32,000 nt of DNA. It comes from an uncultured archaeon. Lineage in GTDB: Archaea > Asgardarchaeota > Lokiarchaeia > Sigyniarchaeales > Promethearchaeaceae. The stretch's first letter is position 1, and the number at the start of each line of letters is the position of its first letter. This document shows positions 1 through 10,453 of the stretch, in pieces. The notes under the pieces were generated by a model. It was not told the DNA's origin and made no database searches. It saw only the letters and a list, made by a program, of their open reading frames with translations. The DNA lies in assembly GCA_964426185.1 (NCBI GenBank), contig CAYRPF010000016.1, positions 1 to 32,000 on the forward strand. Reading direction: 5' to 3'. Position numbers and translations under genes: made by a program.

Positions 1-137
1 TAAAAACTATAAAATCCGCTAAAAATTTAATCTAATACTTTTTTTCCTCCTTTTTTTATCCATTTAATTCTAAAGGAAGAAAATCAAAAATTTTATGAAA
101 AAGAGGAGAAAAAAAGTAGGGTTAATCGATATAATAT

Positions 138-428
138 TTATCGAATGATTTTGACAAAAGTACCAAACGCTTGTCCTGGAAGTCCACCATTTTTAAAATG
201 GGCACATACGGCACCGTTGTTTCCATGAACTCGGGTGATTTTAGCTGTTTTTAACTTTCCAGTTGGAGTTTCCCATGCAATAGTATGCCCCAACAAATTT
301 TTTGCAGCTTCTTTTCGTGTTTCGATTCCAGGGAACTGTAAGATGGTAAATCGGGGATGAATAATCTTTTTTGATTTCCGATAATTCACAATATATCCTT
401 TCTTTCCAATAATAATATCTTCAGACAT
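138..428 (-). CDS. rpl35ae: 50S ribosomal protein L35Ae
   Basis: 96 aa basic protein with G-x-IVNYR and KITRVHGNNGAV-x-A-x-F...GLPGQAFG, typical of the L35Ae family. Confidence 0.9.
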   Translation of the reverse strand: MSEDIIIGKKGYIVNYRKSKKIIHPRFTILQFPGIETRKEAAKNLLGHTIAWETPTGKLKTAKITRVHGNNGAVCAHFKNGGLPGQAFGTFVKIIR

Positions 429-724
429 GTAAATGACCTTAATTTCTTGGTATAATTAAGAAGATCAAATCTCCATTTATATTAAATTTTGTGAATATAG
501 GCTCCAGTATGTGATATGAAGGGATTGATCTACTTCTAGTTGATTTTTCTATCTACATTTGGCTTTAATTGTGGGATTATTCTCAAATCGAGGGTATTTT
601 CAGAAAATAATTGTTCTAACGTATAGAAATGTCCAATTTTCTCTCTTTCTCCCAAAATTTTATGCACCTTAACCAATTCGGTGAGAATATCAATAGATTT
701 GAGATTGAAAAAAAATTTCTTTAA

Positions 725-1516
725 TTATGTATAAATATCTCTCGCTGGAATGGGTGCTTGTTGATGAATATCGTTGGTTTTTTTGGCCAATTCTAGTAAA
801 TTCTGCTTGATTGTGTTCGCCTGCTCGTATAATGAGGTTAGATCAATCGGAATGTTGTATATCTTGGATATTTTTTCCAAAATTGCCGCCGCTCCCTCTG
901 GATTGGGAATTTGTGGATTTGCAGAAGTGAGAAAAACCACACCATTTAGCTGGTTGTTTAAGCATTCATTAAGAATTGCAGCTTCTGCTCCCATTATCAA
1001 TCCTCGAGGTGGAATTTGAATTCCTTGTTTTTGAATTTTTGCCAAAATTTCTTTTTCACCTGCTGCATACACTTCTACCGGGCCATCTCGTATTATATTG
1101 TTATCTGTCATGCCTTGAAGACAGATCACATCACTAATATTCTGGATCAAAGCCCATTCCATTAATGTGCGTGCTAAATCACGGTAACTTCCTTGATTAA
1201 ATGGAACTTCACAAATTGATAACACTAAATTGAATTTTGCACTCCAGTACAATCTAAATGGATGTTTGAGAACTCCATCATAGAACAATGTAATTGGGGG
1301 GAGATCTTCACTCAATACATAGCCTACTTGTTCCATTTTTAACTGGTTAATCATTTCATTTGTTAAAATTGTACCTATCATTCCGACACCTGTAAATCCA
1401 AGAATAAATAGGGGAGATTTGGTACGTTCTTTCAAAAAATCGCAATGTTTTGGAAAAATTACTACACGTGATGATTTTCCTTCTAAGTGATCTGCACATT
1501 TTATCTCTTTTGACAT
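725..1516 (-). CDS. PAC2-family proteasome assembly chaperone-like protein
   Basis: GFTGVGMIGTI, LPPI...G...HPFRLY, G-x-IMGAEAAIL and PNPEGAA motifs of archaeal PAC2 proteins. Confidence 0.85.
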   Translation of the reverse strand: MSKEIKCADHLEGKSSRVVIFPKHCDFLKERTKSPLFILGFTGVGMIGTILTNEMINQLKMEQVGYVLSEDLPPITLFYDGVLKHPFRLYWSAKFNLVLSICEVPFNQGSYRDLARTLMEWALIQNISDVICLQGMTDNNIIRDGPVEVYAAGEKEILAKIQKQGIQIPPRGLIMGAEAAILNECLNNQLNGVVFLTSANPQIPNPEGAAAILEKISKIYNIPIDLTSLYEQANTIKQNLLELAKKTNDIHQQAPIPARDIYT

Positions 1517-1742
1517 ATTTTCACCATAAGTAATTGATTAATTCCTCTTTAATACATAATTAACATCCTGCTTAAAATTTTGGGATAGTTAGGTAAGGAG
1601 CTTTGTGAGAAATGTAGAGGGATGAATTCAAGAATATAAAAAAAAGTCCAAATTTCATTAAAAAGGCAAAAAAGCAATTTATAAGGATTAAAAATATATA
1701 AGATATATCCACCAGTGATAGTGGTAGATCAACTTTGATCAG

Positions 1743-3605
1743 TTAAAAATTGTCACTTAGGTAAATTTTGCGAAGTTTTTGAGAAACTATTGACCATCGA
1801 AAAGTCGACTCGACCCTTCTTTCAGTAGAAGCTCGTATGTGCTCTGCATATAAGGGATTTTTCTGAAACTCTTCTCTCAAAGGTGCGTATATAATTTTAC
1901 TTAATAGCGCCGTTCGCTCGCTCTCGTTAAAAAGAGGATCGGCATAAGTTCTTTCCGTGATCTGCATGGCACTTAGCAATGAAACTAATGCCTGCGCTAA
2001 AGCTTGAAAATCATCGATCGGAACTAAAAGACCCGTCCCATTCTTAGGATCTTTATCCAAGGGAATGATTGATTCTTGCAAACCTCCAGCGCGTGTAGCA
2101 ATCACCGGAATTCTAGCAGCCATCGCTTCTAATGCAACAATTCCGAATGGTTCCCATCGACTTGGGGCGCAATAAATATCAGCAGCCAGATGTGATAGGA
2201 AATAAATACTACCAGCTATTCCGAAAATGAATCGAATATTGTTCGGAAATTGATATGCAATTTTCAAATAGTTAATCATATCTTTGAGAGTAAATTCGGA
2301 GGGAATCATGAGGAATAAGAATCGAGCGTTGGGAAAATGCAATAAAACAGTCGGAATTGCATCCAGAAGGGTTTCAATTCCTTTTTGGGGGGAAACTCGT
2401 CCAGTGACTAAAATCAATGGGCCGTCTGTAGTGAAATTATCTACCGTACCATCTGGATGATAAGGTGGTTTGATACAATATTTGGCTAACACTGATTTTA
2501 TTCTTGATTCACGAATTATTGGCTCGGAATCGCCTAATTTTTCCAATTTCCTTGTTAAGAGAAAAGATCGAAAATCCCATGAATGAAGTGATTCTGGTGA
2601 TTCTGATGATTCTGGTGAATGTTGAAGTCTGGCATTTTTATTGAGTAATTTAGATCCAAATTTATCTAAGACCATGGTTAGGATTTTATTATATTCCCAA
2701 TCACAGCCATTCCACGTGAAATCACACTTTTTCCGAATCAAATCCCCTCCACAATTCGGAATAATATCTGAATGCAAGAAGGACTCACTGACTGCTATTA
2801 CTTTATCCGCAAATACACAGCCCATTGCCTCTAAAGTCGGCGGATACGGGTCTTCTTTCTTGACCAAGGCATATAATTCCCGCAATGTTAGATTCATTCG
2901 TGAATTTCCTACTTGAATATTCATTTTTTCATTATTTAGCCCACATTCCCAATAAAACTGAAGATCACGCCTGGGCCAAGTAAGTAAATGCATAGTAATA
3001 ATTGTGTGTGTTGTTTTCTCTCTTAAATTCAACTGCTGAATGCAATTAAGGAGGGCGGGAAGTGGATGATGATCGTGTATGTGAATAATATCTGGAAGTT
3101 GAGATGGGAATTCTTCGATTGAAAATTGAATAAATTTTTTCATGGCGATAGCAAACAAGGCTAATTTTGCATTTAGTGTTGTCATTCCATAGATTTCTTC
3201 ATTATTTAGAATGAAATCGGCCAATGGATTTTTACCAACAACTAGAATAATCGGGACTTGTTTGAAATCTCCTTTCCAAAATTCTAGTTCTACTTTGTTA
3301 TCTTCTTGAGGAATGCCGGCTTTTTCAAATTCTAATTCAAAATATTCTCGATTGATTGTTTCACAGGCAATAAAAGTTTTTCCAGTTGAATTTTTAATAG
3401 GATGAAGATGAAGGCGGTTTTTCATGGTTTTATGACGCCCGTGAGAAGGAAGAAAAACTGTGAGATTTAAATCTGGAGAAGGGGCAAGGTTAAGGCATTG
3501 ATTTGCAGAAACTTCCCCTAAACCCCCTACTTTTGCAATACCTGCAAATTCAAAAGCAAATACCCAAATTTTTTTAGCTTTAGGTGATAGTGAGTTTTTA
3601 TTCAT
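1743..3605 (-). CDS. glgA: glycogen/starch synthase (GT-B glycosyltransferase)
   Basis: N-terminal KVGGLGEV (KxGGL), HIHDHH, GRVSPQKG, PSRWEPFGIVALEAMA and TRAGGL. Confidence 0.8.
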   Translation of the reverse strand: MNKNSLSPKAKKIWVFAFEFAGIAKVGGLGEVSANQCLNLAPSPDLNLTVFLPSHGRHKTMKNRLHLHPIKNSTGKTFIACETINREYFELEFEKAGIPQEDNKVELEFWKGDFKQVPIILVVGKNPLADFILNNEEIYGMTTLNAKLALFAIAMKKFIQFSIEEFPSQLPDIIHIHDHHPLPALLNCIQQLNLREKTTHTIITMHLLTWPRRDLQFYWECGLNNEKMNIQVGNSRMNLTLRELYALVKKEDPYPPTLEAMGCVFADKVIAVSESFLHSDIIPNCGGDLIRKKCDFTWNGCDWEYNKILTMVLDKFGSKLLNKNARLQHSPESSESPESLHSWDFRSFLLTRKLEKLGDSEPIIRESRIKSVLAKYCIKPPYHPDGTVDNFTTDGPLILVTGRVSPQKGIETLLDAIPTVLLHFPNARFLFLMIPSEFTLKDMINYLKIAYQFPNNIRFIFGIAGSIYFLSHLAADIYCAPSRWEPFGIVALEAMAARIPVIATRAGGLQESIIPLDKDPKNGTGLLVPIDDFQALAQALVSLLSAMQITERTYADPLFNESERTALLSKIIYAPLREEFQKNPLYAEHIRASTERRVESTFRWSIVSQKLRKIYLSDNF

Positions 3606-3642
3606 AATACACTAAAATAAATTGTTAAGCATTGAGAAAAAA

Positions 3643-5679
3643 TTATTCTTTTTCAAAAAATTTGTGAACTTCTTGTTTTAACAATGCTGGGTTAAATGGG
3701 ACGTATTTCATCTCTTTACGAATCCACTCGGATAAAAACTTTGCATAATGGCGAAATCGAAAATCCATTAAAACAATTAAACCCTTATCGTCCATTTTAC
3801 GAATCGGTCGGCCGCAAGCTTGATTAGAACGCTGCAATGCCGGAACTATATAACCGAAATCCCGTCCTCTGCCTGGAAATAAATGATTATAATAGGCAAT
3901 TTTAGCATTGCCACTAGGGGTGGGCCGTTGAAATGGAATACCTACAATGACCACTGTGTTCATGTAATCTCCGGGAAAATCTTCTCCTTCACTATTTCGC
4001 CCGCCACATACCCCTAGTAATACACCTCCTTGATATTTCTCTGAATTACTGCAATTTTTATACTGTTCCAGGATAATATCATTATCCGAAGCCGACATTT
4101 CCTTTTCTTCCCTAAACGGTTTCTTTTTGGCAGATTTGACCATTTTTGCAAAACCTTCATTCCATAAGCCTTGAACCACTTCATATGATGCACAAAATAT
4201 CCCCACATTTTTCGGGGTGTTCACGATGATAGGGTATAGTGCCGTTAAAATGTCTCTATACATATTAACAGTGCGATCTACTCCCCGAGTGCTTAAATAT
4301 TTGGTTACCATTACTTTTACATTTTCCTTTGGGAATGGCGGAGGCATTTTTAATATTTTAAGGGTTTTTCCACAGTTGTTTAAACCCAGTAAATGTGAAT
4401 ATGTAAAAGGATGTAAGGTTCCAGATAAGGAGAGAGTGGCAAAACTTTCTTTAAAAATCGGATCAGTTATAAAACGGGGGGATAAACATTTCAATTCTAA
4501 AGCCACGCTTTGTCCTCTTCTGGTCTCTTTGCTGGTAATACATGCGAAATATGCTGGATCATCAATAGTTTCAATCAATTTTTGAAAAATCAATACAATG
4601 GGTGCGATATAATCTCGAGGGGTTCTACCTTGATCAATCTTTTCTTGAAGAATAGCCTCTCCGTATTCCTTTAAATCTTCCAGTAAATTCTTCAAATCTG
4701 GCAATGATGACATGTGATTTAGATTTAAAATTCGTTGGAGAAACTTTGGGGGAAAAATTTTCGTTTCTTCTTGAATCCGAACTTTGAGACCACTTAGCAA
4801 ATCCCGCAAATTTTTTACAAAATTAATTAAACGGTAGGTTGCTCGAGTAATTTCTAAATCTTTTATCGCTTGGCGGAGAGTAAATGGTGTGATTTTATAG
4901 GAATTTATTCCATTTGCCATTTCTGGTAGATTATGGCATTCGTCCATAATAATAATGCAATCGGATAAAGAAACGCCCATATTTTCCAGGAAATTTTCCC
5001 GAATGTTTGGTTCAAAAATCCATTGGTAATTACATACGATTATTTTCTCATTTTCAATTAAGAATTTACTTAGGAAATATGGGCATAAATCATCTTGTTC
5101 GGCAATATTAACCAATTCTTGGGCATTGAGTGGCATTAAAGCCAATGATTTCATTTCTTCTTGAAATTGTGTACTTCGACGTTTTTTGAGTAAATTATTG
5201 AAATAATGACAGCGTTTATTCTTGCGCAGTTGAGAACAGACACTCATACTCTCACTGGGGTGCAACTGCAAGCGCTGAATGTTTTTATTGGGACACATTT
5301 CATTGCGTCCGCGGAGAGAAAGCGCGCCTATGGTTTGCGAAATTTTGAGTTCGGCAAAATGATGGGTTATTTCTTTAGTTTCTTGAATCACACGCGCATT
5401 TTGTGTAAAAGTTCGAGAACAGAAAATTATTTTACGTTTTTTATCATGTAGGGCTATTGGAAGTGCTGCCGCCAGCGCCATAATGGTTTTACCCGTACCA
5501 TTGGTGGCAATCAAAATAGAATTTTTTCCTAACGCAATTGCCTCGGATAATTGACCAATTATTCGTTCTTGATGGGGTCTAAATTTTGCATAAGGGAAGA
5601 ATTCACGAAAGCCGAGAGTAATATTTGTCGAGTCTGCGGGTAAATTTGAAATAATATTAATTCCTCCATCCAATCGCAA
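3643..5679 (-). CDS. xpd: XPD/Rad3/DinG-family Fe-S DNA helicase
   Basis: Q motif (RPHQ), Walker A NGTGKT, four Fe-S cysteines (MCP, VCSQ, RCHY, LCPYF), DECH, SGTL, SEGEDF and QACGRPIR; start codon uncertain. Confidence 0.88.
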   Translation of the reverse strand: MRLDGGINIISNLPADSTNITLGFREFFPYAKFRPHQERIIGQLSEAIALGKNSILIATNGTGKTIMALAAALPIALHDKKRKIIFCSRTFTQNARVIQETKEITHHFAELKISQTIGALSLRGRNEMCPNKNIQRLQLHPSESMSVCSQLRKNKRCHYFNNLLKKRRSTQFQEEMKSLALMPLNAQELVNIAEQDDLCPYFLSKFLIENEKIIVCNYQWIFEPNIRENFLENMGVSLSDCIIIMDECHNLPEMANGINSYKITPFTLRQAIKDLEITRATYRLINFVKNLRDLLSGLKVRIQEETKIFPPKFLQRILNLNHMSSLPDLKNLLEDLKEYGEAILQEKIDQGRTPRDYIAPIVLIFQKLIETIDDPAYFACITSKETRRGQSVALELKCLSPRFITDPIFKESFATLSLSGTLHPFTYSHLLGLNNCGKTLKILKMPPPFPKENVKVMVTKYLSTRGVDRTVNMYRDILTALYPIIVNTPKNVGIFCASYEVVQGLWNEGFAKMVKSAKKKPFREEKEMSASDNDIILEQYKNCSNSEKYQGGVLLGVCGGRNSEGEDFPGDYMNTVVIVGIPFQRPTPSGNAKIAYYNHLFPGRGRDFGYIVPALQRSNQACGRPIRKMDDKGLIVLMDFRFRHYAKFLSEWIRKEMKYVPFNPALLKQEVHKFFEKE

Positions 5680-5764
5680 TATATGTTCTATTCAAAATAT
5701 GTTACTAAATACGCTTGTCTGATTAATAGAATTTTTTATCAATCATTAATTCTGCATGTGATTT

Positions 5765-6679
5765 TTGAAGGATCAAGCATTTATTTTTTTCATGAAGTGG
5801 AGAAGAATTGGGAATTTCTTCTTGCAAAAGTTCCGAGACAATGAATTTTTCCTCAGCACCCTTATTTTTATCACATGTTTCTTTTTCCTTCTATATTCGG
5901 GTCAAAGAACGATTTTTCTCTATCTTTTTCCATTAGGCTCGTTTTTTATAGCCACTTTCTTTTACAATTTACATGATCATCTTTGCCATTCTCAATTTTA
6001 CACACCTGTAGTCTCCTTTTCTCCTTTTGGGAGAACCCTTGTCTATGCTCGGGTTAATGTTATATGCGCTTTACTTCAGATGTTTTTAATTTTTGCTTGG
6101 GTTCAAGATTTAAAGAATTATCGACCAGCCATTGAACTTTATGGAGATTACTATTTTATTTTAGAAGTCATAATTTTTAGTTGTGGAATGCTGATTACGT
6201 TAATTTTTAGCGCCTATTCACCCGAATTTCATATTCATGATGAAGATCAGACATTTACTCAAACAATTCCTGAAAATGAAATAGAATCCAAAGTTGAAAT
6301 CAATAATTTTTCAAGGTTTTTTCTCCCATTTTGGAGCAAGTATCTTTCGGGAACTCTAATTTTCATAAATTTTCTACTCTTAGCCCTCTTTGCTGTTCAT
6401 TCAATGATAAATAACTGGAATCAATCTTCAATCGGGATCTTTTCGTTTCAATTACATCTTCAATTGGTTAAAGATTCTATTGATTTTTCATTTATTGTAA
6501 GTGGATTTGCAATTGGGATTCTAAGTATAAGTATTGTAAGTATTATCTTCTATTGTGGTTATATCATGCTGAAAATGCAAAAATTTGATGCTTCAGATGT
6601 AATTAACAAACTTGATGAAATAAAAATGCCCTATAAATTAATAATAGAAAATATTCTGCAAAATCTCGTAAAAAAATAA
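5765..6679 (+). CDS. hypothetical multi-pass membrane protein
   Basis: About 300-codon ORF with several long hydrophobic segments; no family recognised; start uncertain. Confidence 0.6.
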   Translation: MKDQAFIFFMKWRRIGNFFLQKFRDNEFFLSTLIFITCFFFLLYSGQRTIFLYLFPLGSFFIATFFYNLHDHLCHSQFYTPVVSFSPFGRTLVYARVNVICALLQMFLIFAWVQDLKNYRPAIELYGDYYFILEVIIFSCGMLITLIFSAYSPEFHIHDEDQTFTQTIPENEIESKVEINNFSRFFLPFWSKYLSGTLIFINFLLLALFAVHSMINNWNQSSIGIFSFQLHLQLVKDSIDFSFIVSGFAIGILSISIVSIIFYCGYIMLKMQKFDASDVINKLDEIKMPYKLIIENILQNLVKK

Positions 6680-6694
6680 TTAATTTGAGGAAAC

Positions 6695-6886
6695 TTAATC
6701 ATCATCTTTAACCAGTTTATAATCACCGTTTTCCAAGCGACGATAAACTACATTGTTACCCCATTGATTATGAGTATAGATGATATTGCCATCGATTTTC
6801 TCAACGGATATTGTATATGGTAATTGTCGTTTTTCTCGAATATCTTCTTCGTAGAATTCGTATTCATCCATATCTTCTTGAGACAT
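6695..6886 (-). CDS. small acidic hypothetical protein
   Basis: 63 aa, ATG start, fills the gap between genes, protein-like composition. Confidence 0.6.
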   Translation of the reverse strand: MSQEDMDEYEFYEEDIREKRQLPYTISVEKIDGNIIYTHNQWGNNVVYRRLENGDYKLVKDDD

Positions 6887-6948
6887 AGTAAAAAGTAATA
6901 AGGGATTTAAAAAAAATTTTTTGATTCTGGATAATATCTGATTCTTTT

Positions 6949-8406
6949 CTATAGATCCTTGAGGCTATCTAAAATATCCACGATTTTTTGCCCACTTTCT
7001 CGCAATGTTTTAAACAATCCTGTTAATAATTCTGTGGATCCAGCAAGAGTTTTATAGAAAAGCATCAAGCTAAATTGCATTGGCACACTAATGATCGCAC
7101 CAGAGATAATCATCATTTGTTGACTCAATTCTCCGTATAATTGTTCTCTTTTAATCAATTGCTGTTCGGTGAAATTTGAAGTAGTTTGTTGATCCGAATT
7201 TCGGCCATATTGAGCAATTTCTTGATATAAATTTGATTTTAATTCACTGAAAGGAATTCCTAGATCTGTTAGGGCTTTTTGCGCTCCTTGATAATAATTT
7301 TGGAGGATTTCTTCAGCTGACAATTTATCGATGTTCTGAATAAATACTTCTGGTGCTATTCCGGAGAGGACTTGCAGAAAATAGTCTTTTAAATCATGTA
7401 TCACTGAAAGAGGAGTTAATTTAGCAGCATTGTTTTTCATAAAGAGAAAAATATGTCCATAGACTCTGCGAATTTCATCATTACTAAACAATTTTTCCAG
7501 TAATTGCCCTTTTTCATTAAAAATATGCACACTGAGAAATCCTAACACTTGGAAAAATTTATCTTCATCATTCGTAAAATGATCAAATAATTCAAATGGA
7601 CTCATTTTCGCTGTTTTTTTTATCAATTTTCGCAACGGAACACGCATTAAACCTGCGGAATCTTCCATCATTTCGTCTAATTGATCAATATCTATTTGGT
7701 TGGTGATCTTTTTCCAAATATTATCAGCTTGCGATTCAAAGGCGCTGCGTTCTCCTAAAAACTGTTGATAATAGTGTTCTTTATCAAAACCTTCAATCAA
7801 TTCAAAACTGGGAAACTCCTCTTGTGGGATAATTTGGCAGTGAAATTCAAAATAGGGATCGCCATGTAAAGCATTTTTAGTATTATGCAAGATTATCCGT
7901 TGATCTTTTCCCTTTAATTTTAACACAAAACTACTGCATTGAGTTAATAATCCTGCCATTAGAGCTCCATAACAATTCTGGTTGTACCAAAATTGATCAA
8001 ACGGTAAATTATCACGAAGTTTATCCTTCCCAATATCAAATGTCATTGGATCAATTTCAATTTTATATTTCAAAATAGGTCGCTCAGGATCACTACGATC
8101 CCATTCAGTAGTATATTTCTGCATGGGAGTTCCAAAGTAAATTTGCCACATAAGAGGGATGTATTCTAAGACTTTTACAGGATCTGAGGGAAACATTCGA
8201 AAAACAGCTGTTTGTCTTTGAGCACTTTCATCAGCTGCGGTGTACCCTAATTTATAACTTAAGTCAACAGCCATTTTTGGATCGTTTGTGATTTCAAATA
8301 GCTGGCGATAAATTTCGCGATAATAGAGTTGATAAAACAATGAAGGAACATGACGGCCCAAAGCGGTTCCTGCCTTTAATGCAATCCACTTAAAAGTATT
8401 GCCCAC
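6949..8406 (-). CDS. protein with N-terminal Bet3/TRAPP-V4R-like domain and helical C-terminal region
   Basis: LFYQLYYREIYRQL...DLSYKLGY resembles the Bet3 N-terminal helices; TKNALHGDPYFEF resembles the V4R terminus; GTG start with GGAGGT upstream, overlapping the previous gene by 17 nt. Confidence 0.55.
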   Translation of the reverse strand: MGNTFKWIALKAGTALGRHVPSLFYQLYYREIYRQLFEITNDPKMAVDLSYKLGYTAADESAQRQTAVFRMFPSDPVKVLEYIPLMWQIYFGTPMQKYTTEWDRSDPERPILKYKIEIDPMTFDIGKDKLRDNLPFDQFWYNQNCYGALMAGLLTQCSSFVLKLKGKDQRIILHNTKNALHGDPYFEFHCQIIPQEEFPSFELIEGFDKEHYYQQFLGERSAFESQADNIWKKITNQIDIDQLDEMMEDSAGLMRVPLRKLIKKTAKMSPFELFDHFTNDEDKFFQVLGFLSVHIFNEKGQLLEKLFSNDEIRRVYGHIFLFMKNNAAKLTPLSVIHDLKDYFLQVLSGIAPEVFIQNIDKLSAEEILQNYYQGAQKALTDLGIPFSELKSNLYQEIAQYGRNSDQQTTSNFTEQQLIKREQLYGELSQQMMIISGAIISVPMQFSLMLFYKTLAGSTELLTGLFKTLRESGQKIVDILDSLKDL

Positions 8407-8899
8407 TTGATTTTACCTCCTGTTCTATCTGAAATTCATGAATACAAGATTTATTACCTAAAGCTTTACTTTCGATAACTTCACCACTTATAACCTTATA
8501 ACCACTTCGTTCTAAAATTTCTTGAATCATCCCCACGCTAATATTGCATCCGGGAATTTGTATATCTTCATATTTGTATTTGCAAAGCGCACAATTCTTG
8601 TCTTCAACGTACAACTTATTTTCATTCTGTAATACAGATACTTTGCTATTCAAGGTGATTTTATATAGTTCCTTGACTAAATTTGGTAAGTTTGAAGAAT
8701 TTGGGGATAATTCCTGGAAAAAAGTTGCACCAATATTTGCTCCCATGGATTTTAATCTGTGAAAGATCTCTTCTTCACTCAGATCAAACTGCTTCATAAT
8801 TCTCTGAAGCCAGTATAACGCATTCCGCATTTGATTAAAGCCCATTTTTGGGGTAATTAATGATTTCCGAGTTAAATTTGTGAGTACGGGTTCCGTCAT
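8390..8899 (-). CDS. V4R/Bet3(TRAPP)-like domain protein, probable Zn site
   Basis: LKSMGANIG (cf. Bet3 LDKMGxNIG), then CALC...GCNISVGMI...ESKALGNKSCIHEF. Confidence 0.7.
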   Translation of the reverse strand: MTEPVLTNLTRKSLITPKMGFNQMRNALYWLQRIMKQFDLSEEEIFHRLKSMGANIGATFFQELSPNSSNLPNLVKELYKITLNSKVSVLQNENKLYVEDKNCALCKYKYEDIQIPGCNISVGMIQEILERSGYKVISGEVIESKALGNKSCIHEFQIEQEVKSSGQYF

Positions 8900-9021
8900 C
8901 TTATGTAAACTTCCAAGTAAGAATAAAGTATAAGAGATTTATTGGTAATTGAGAATATGAAAAATGTAATTTATTTTATTTGGCTTTGTTAATTAAAGTA
9001 AGCATTAGCTTTTTTGGGTAA

Positions 9022-10407
9022 ATGGAAATGAAAAAAAAACATCAGGAGACACAATGGAAAAATCGCCCGTATTGTGCTCGATGCAAAAAAGAATATGATA
9101 CTCCATTTTTATGGTGCCCAGAGTGTAATAATTTACTTGAAATCAAACCTTTGCACATTGATCATAAACCCGATCTTAAAAAATTCTGGGATTTTACAGA
9201 TTTCTTTCCACATTTTTCTAAAAAAGTTTCTTTGAAAGAAGGAAACACCTCCATTTTAAAAATCCACAATATTCCAGAGTTGCGTAATACATTAATGAAA
9301 TTAGAGTTTCGTAATCCTACGGGTAGTTTTAGGGATCGCGCAGCTGCATTACTTGTTTCAGATGCCCTTTCCCGAAAATCATCGGATATAATCACAGTCA
9401 GCACCGGTTCATTTAGTATTAGTATTTCTGCTTATGCCAGTCGAGCTGGATTAAAATCTTTGAATTTTCTCCCAGAGAATTTAGAATTAACCAAAATAGA
9501 ACAGATGAAGATTTATGGTTCTGAAGTTCACTTTAGTGGAAAGTGTATTAAGGAAGCCATGGAAGCTGCTGAAAAATTTTTACAAACCGAAACCCAACGA
9601 AATATTTATGTTCCTTTACCCAACCAAAACATTCTTACCATTGAAGGTCAGAAAACTATCGGTTTGGAAATTGCCCTTCAAAATCCAGAAATTGAAAATA
9701 TTGTTGTTCCTCGGGGATCGGGGACATTAGTATATTCTATTTACAAAGGGTTGCTAGATGCACGCGAATCTGGTTGGATTGATCAAATTCCCCATATTTA
9801 TTCTGTTTCTTTAAAGGAATCTGCTGATGCTCGGTTGGCTGAATCGTTAGAAATTAATGATCCTATTTTACTCTCAGAAGTCAGCCGTATTTTGCAAGAA
9901 ACTGATGGAAAGGAGATTGCAATTTCAGGGCAAAAAATGGTAGAACAAGCCTTAGAATTGGCAAAACTGGAAGGTATTTTCATTGAACCTGCATCTGCTT
10001 CGGTTTTAGTGGGTATTAAGCAATTAAATGAGCAGAATTCCCTTGATTTATCTCGAACAATCACAGTTTTAACCGGTTCAGGAATCAATGCTATGAATCT
10101 TTTTGCGTCGCAAATGCGTGAAGTGAAAAAGGCATTATGGGGGGTTACAGCGACTTCAACCAAAAAATTTGAAATACTCAGGATCATTGCTGAAGGAAAA
10201 GCTCATCACGGTTATGGTATTTGGAGTATGCTGGGAAAAAAGCGCAGTATTCAATCAATTTACCAACATTTATCGCAATTGGAAAAAGAAAATCTAATTT
10301 ATAATTCTCGTCCAAGTGATAAACGAGCACAATACGAACTTACAGAAAAAGGACTGCAAGTATTTCGACGGATGAGGGAATTAATGGAAATTAAAGCCAA
10401 AAAGTAA
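9022..10407 (+). CDS. threonine-synthase-like PLP fold-type II protein (Schiff-base Lys replaced by Arg) with N-terminal Zn finger and C-terminal winged-HTH
   Basis: CxxC...CxxC, SLKEGNT, NPTGSFRDR, EGQKT and EGIFIEPASA; C-terminal HGYGIW...SIYQHLSQLEKENLI...YELTEKG (PadR/ArsR-like). Confidence 0.8.
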   Translation: MEMKKKHQETQWKNRPYCARCKKEYDTPFLWCPECNNLLEIKPLHIDHKPDLKKFWDFTDFFPHFSKKVSLKEGNTSILKIHNIPELRNTLMKLEFRNPTGSFRDRAAALLVSDALSRKSSDIITVSTGSFSISISAYASRAGLKSLNFLPENLELTKIEQMKIYGSEVHFSGKCIKEAMEAAEKFLQTETQRNIYVPLPNQNILTIEGQKTIGLEIALQNPEIENIVVPRGSGTLVYSIYKGLLDARESGWIDQIPHIYSVSLKESADARLAESLEINDPILLSEVSRILQETDGKEIAISGQKMVEQALELAKLEGIFIEPASASVLVGIKQLNEQNSLDLSRTITVLTGSGINAMNLFASQMREVKKALWGVTATSTKKFEILRIIAEGKAHHGYGIWSMLGKKRSIQSIYQHLSQLEKENLIYNSRPSDKRAQYELTEKGLQVFRRMRELMEIKAKK

Positions 10408-10453
10408 GGGAAGATTTATTTCAATGATATTTATATAAAAGAATATACAAGGT

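Noticed and set aside
2588-2620. 9-bp tandem repeat in glgA (SPESSESPES)
   Set aside because: In-frame low-complexity loop expansion with no further signal
9022-10407. Plain threonine synthase thrC
   Set aside because: The PLP-binding lysine is Arg and a wHTH domain is fused
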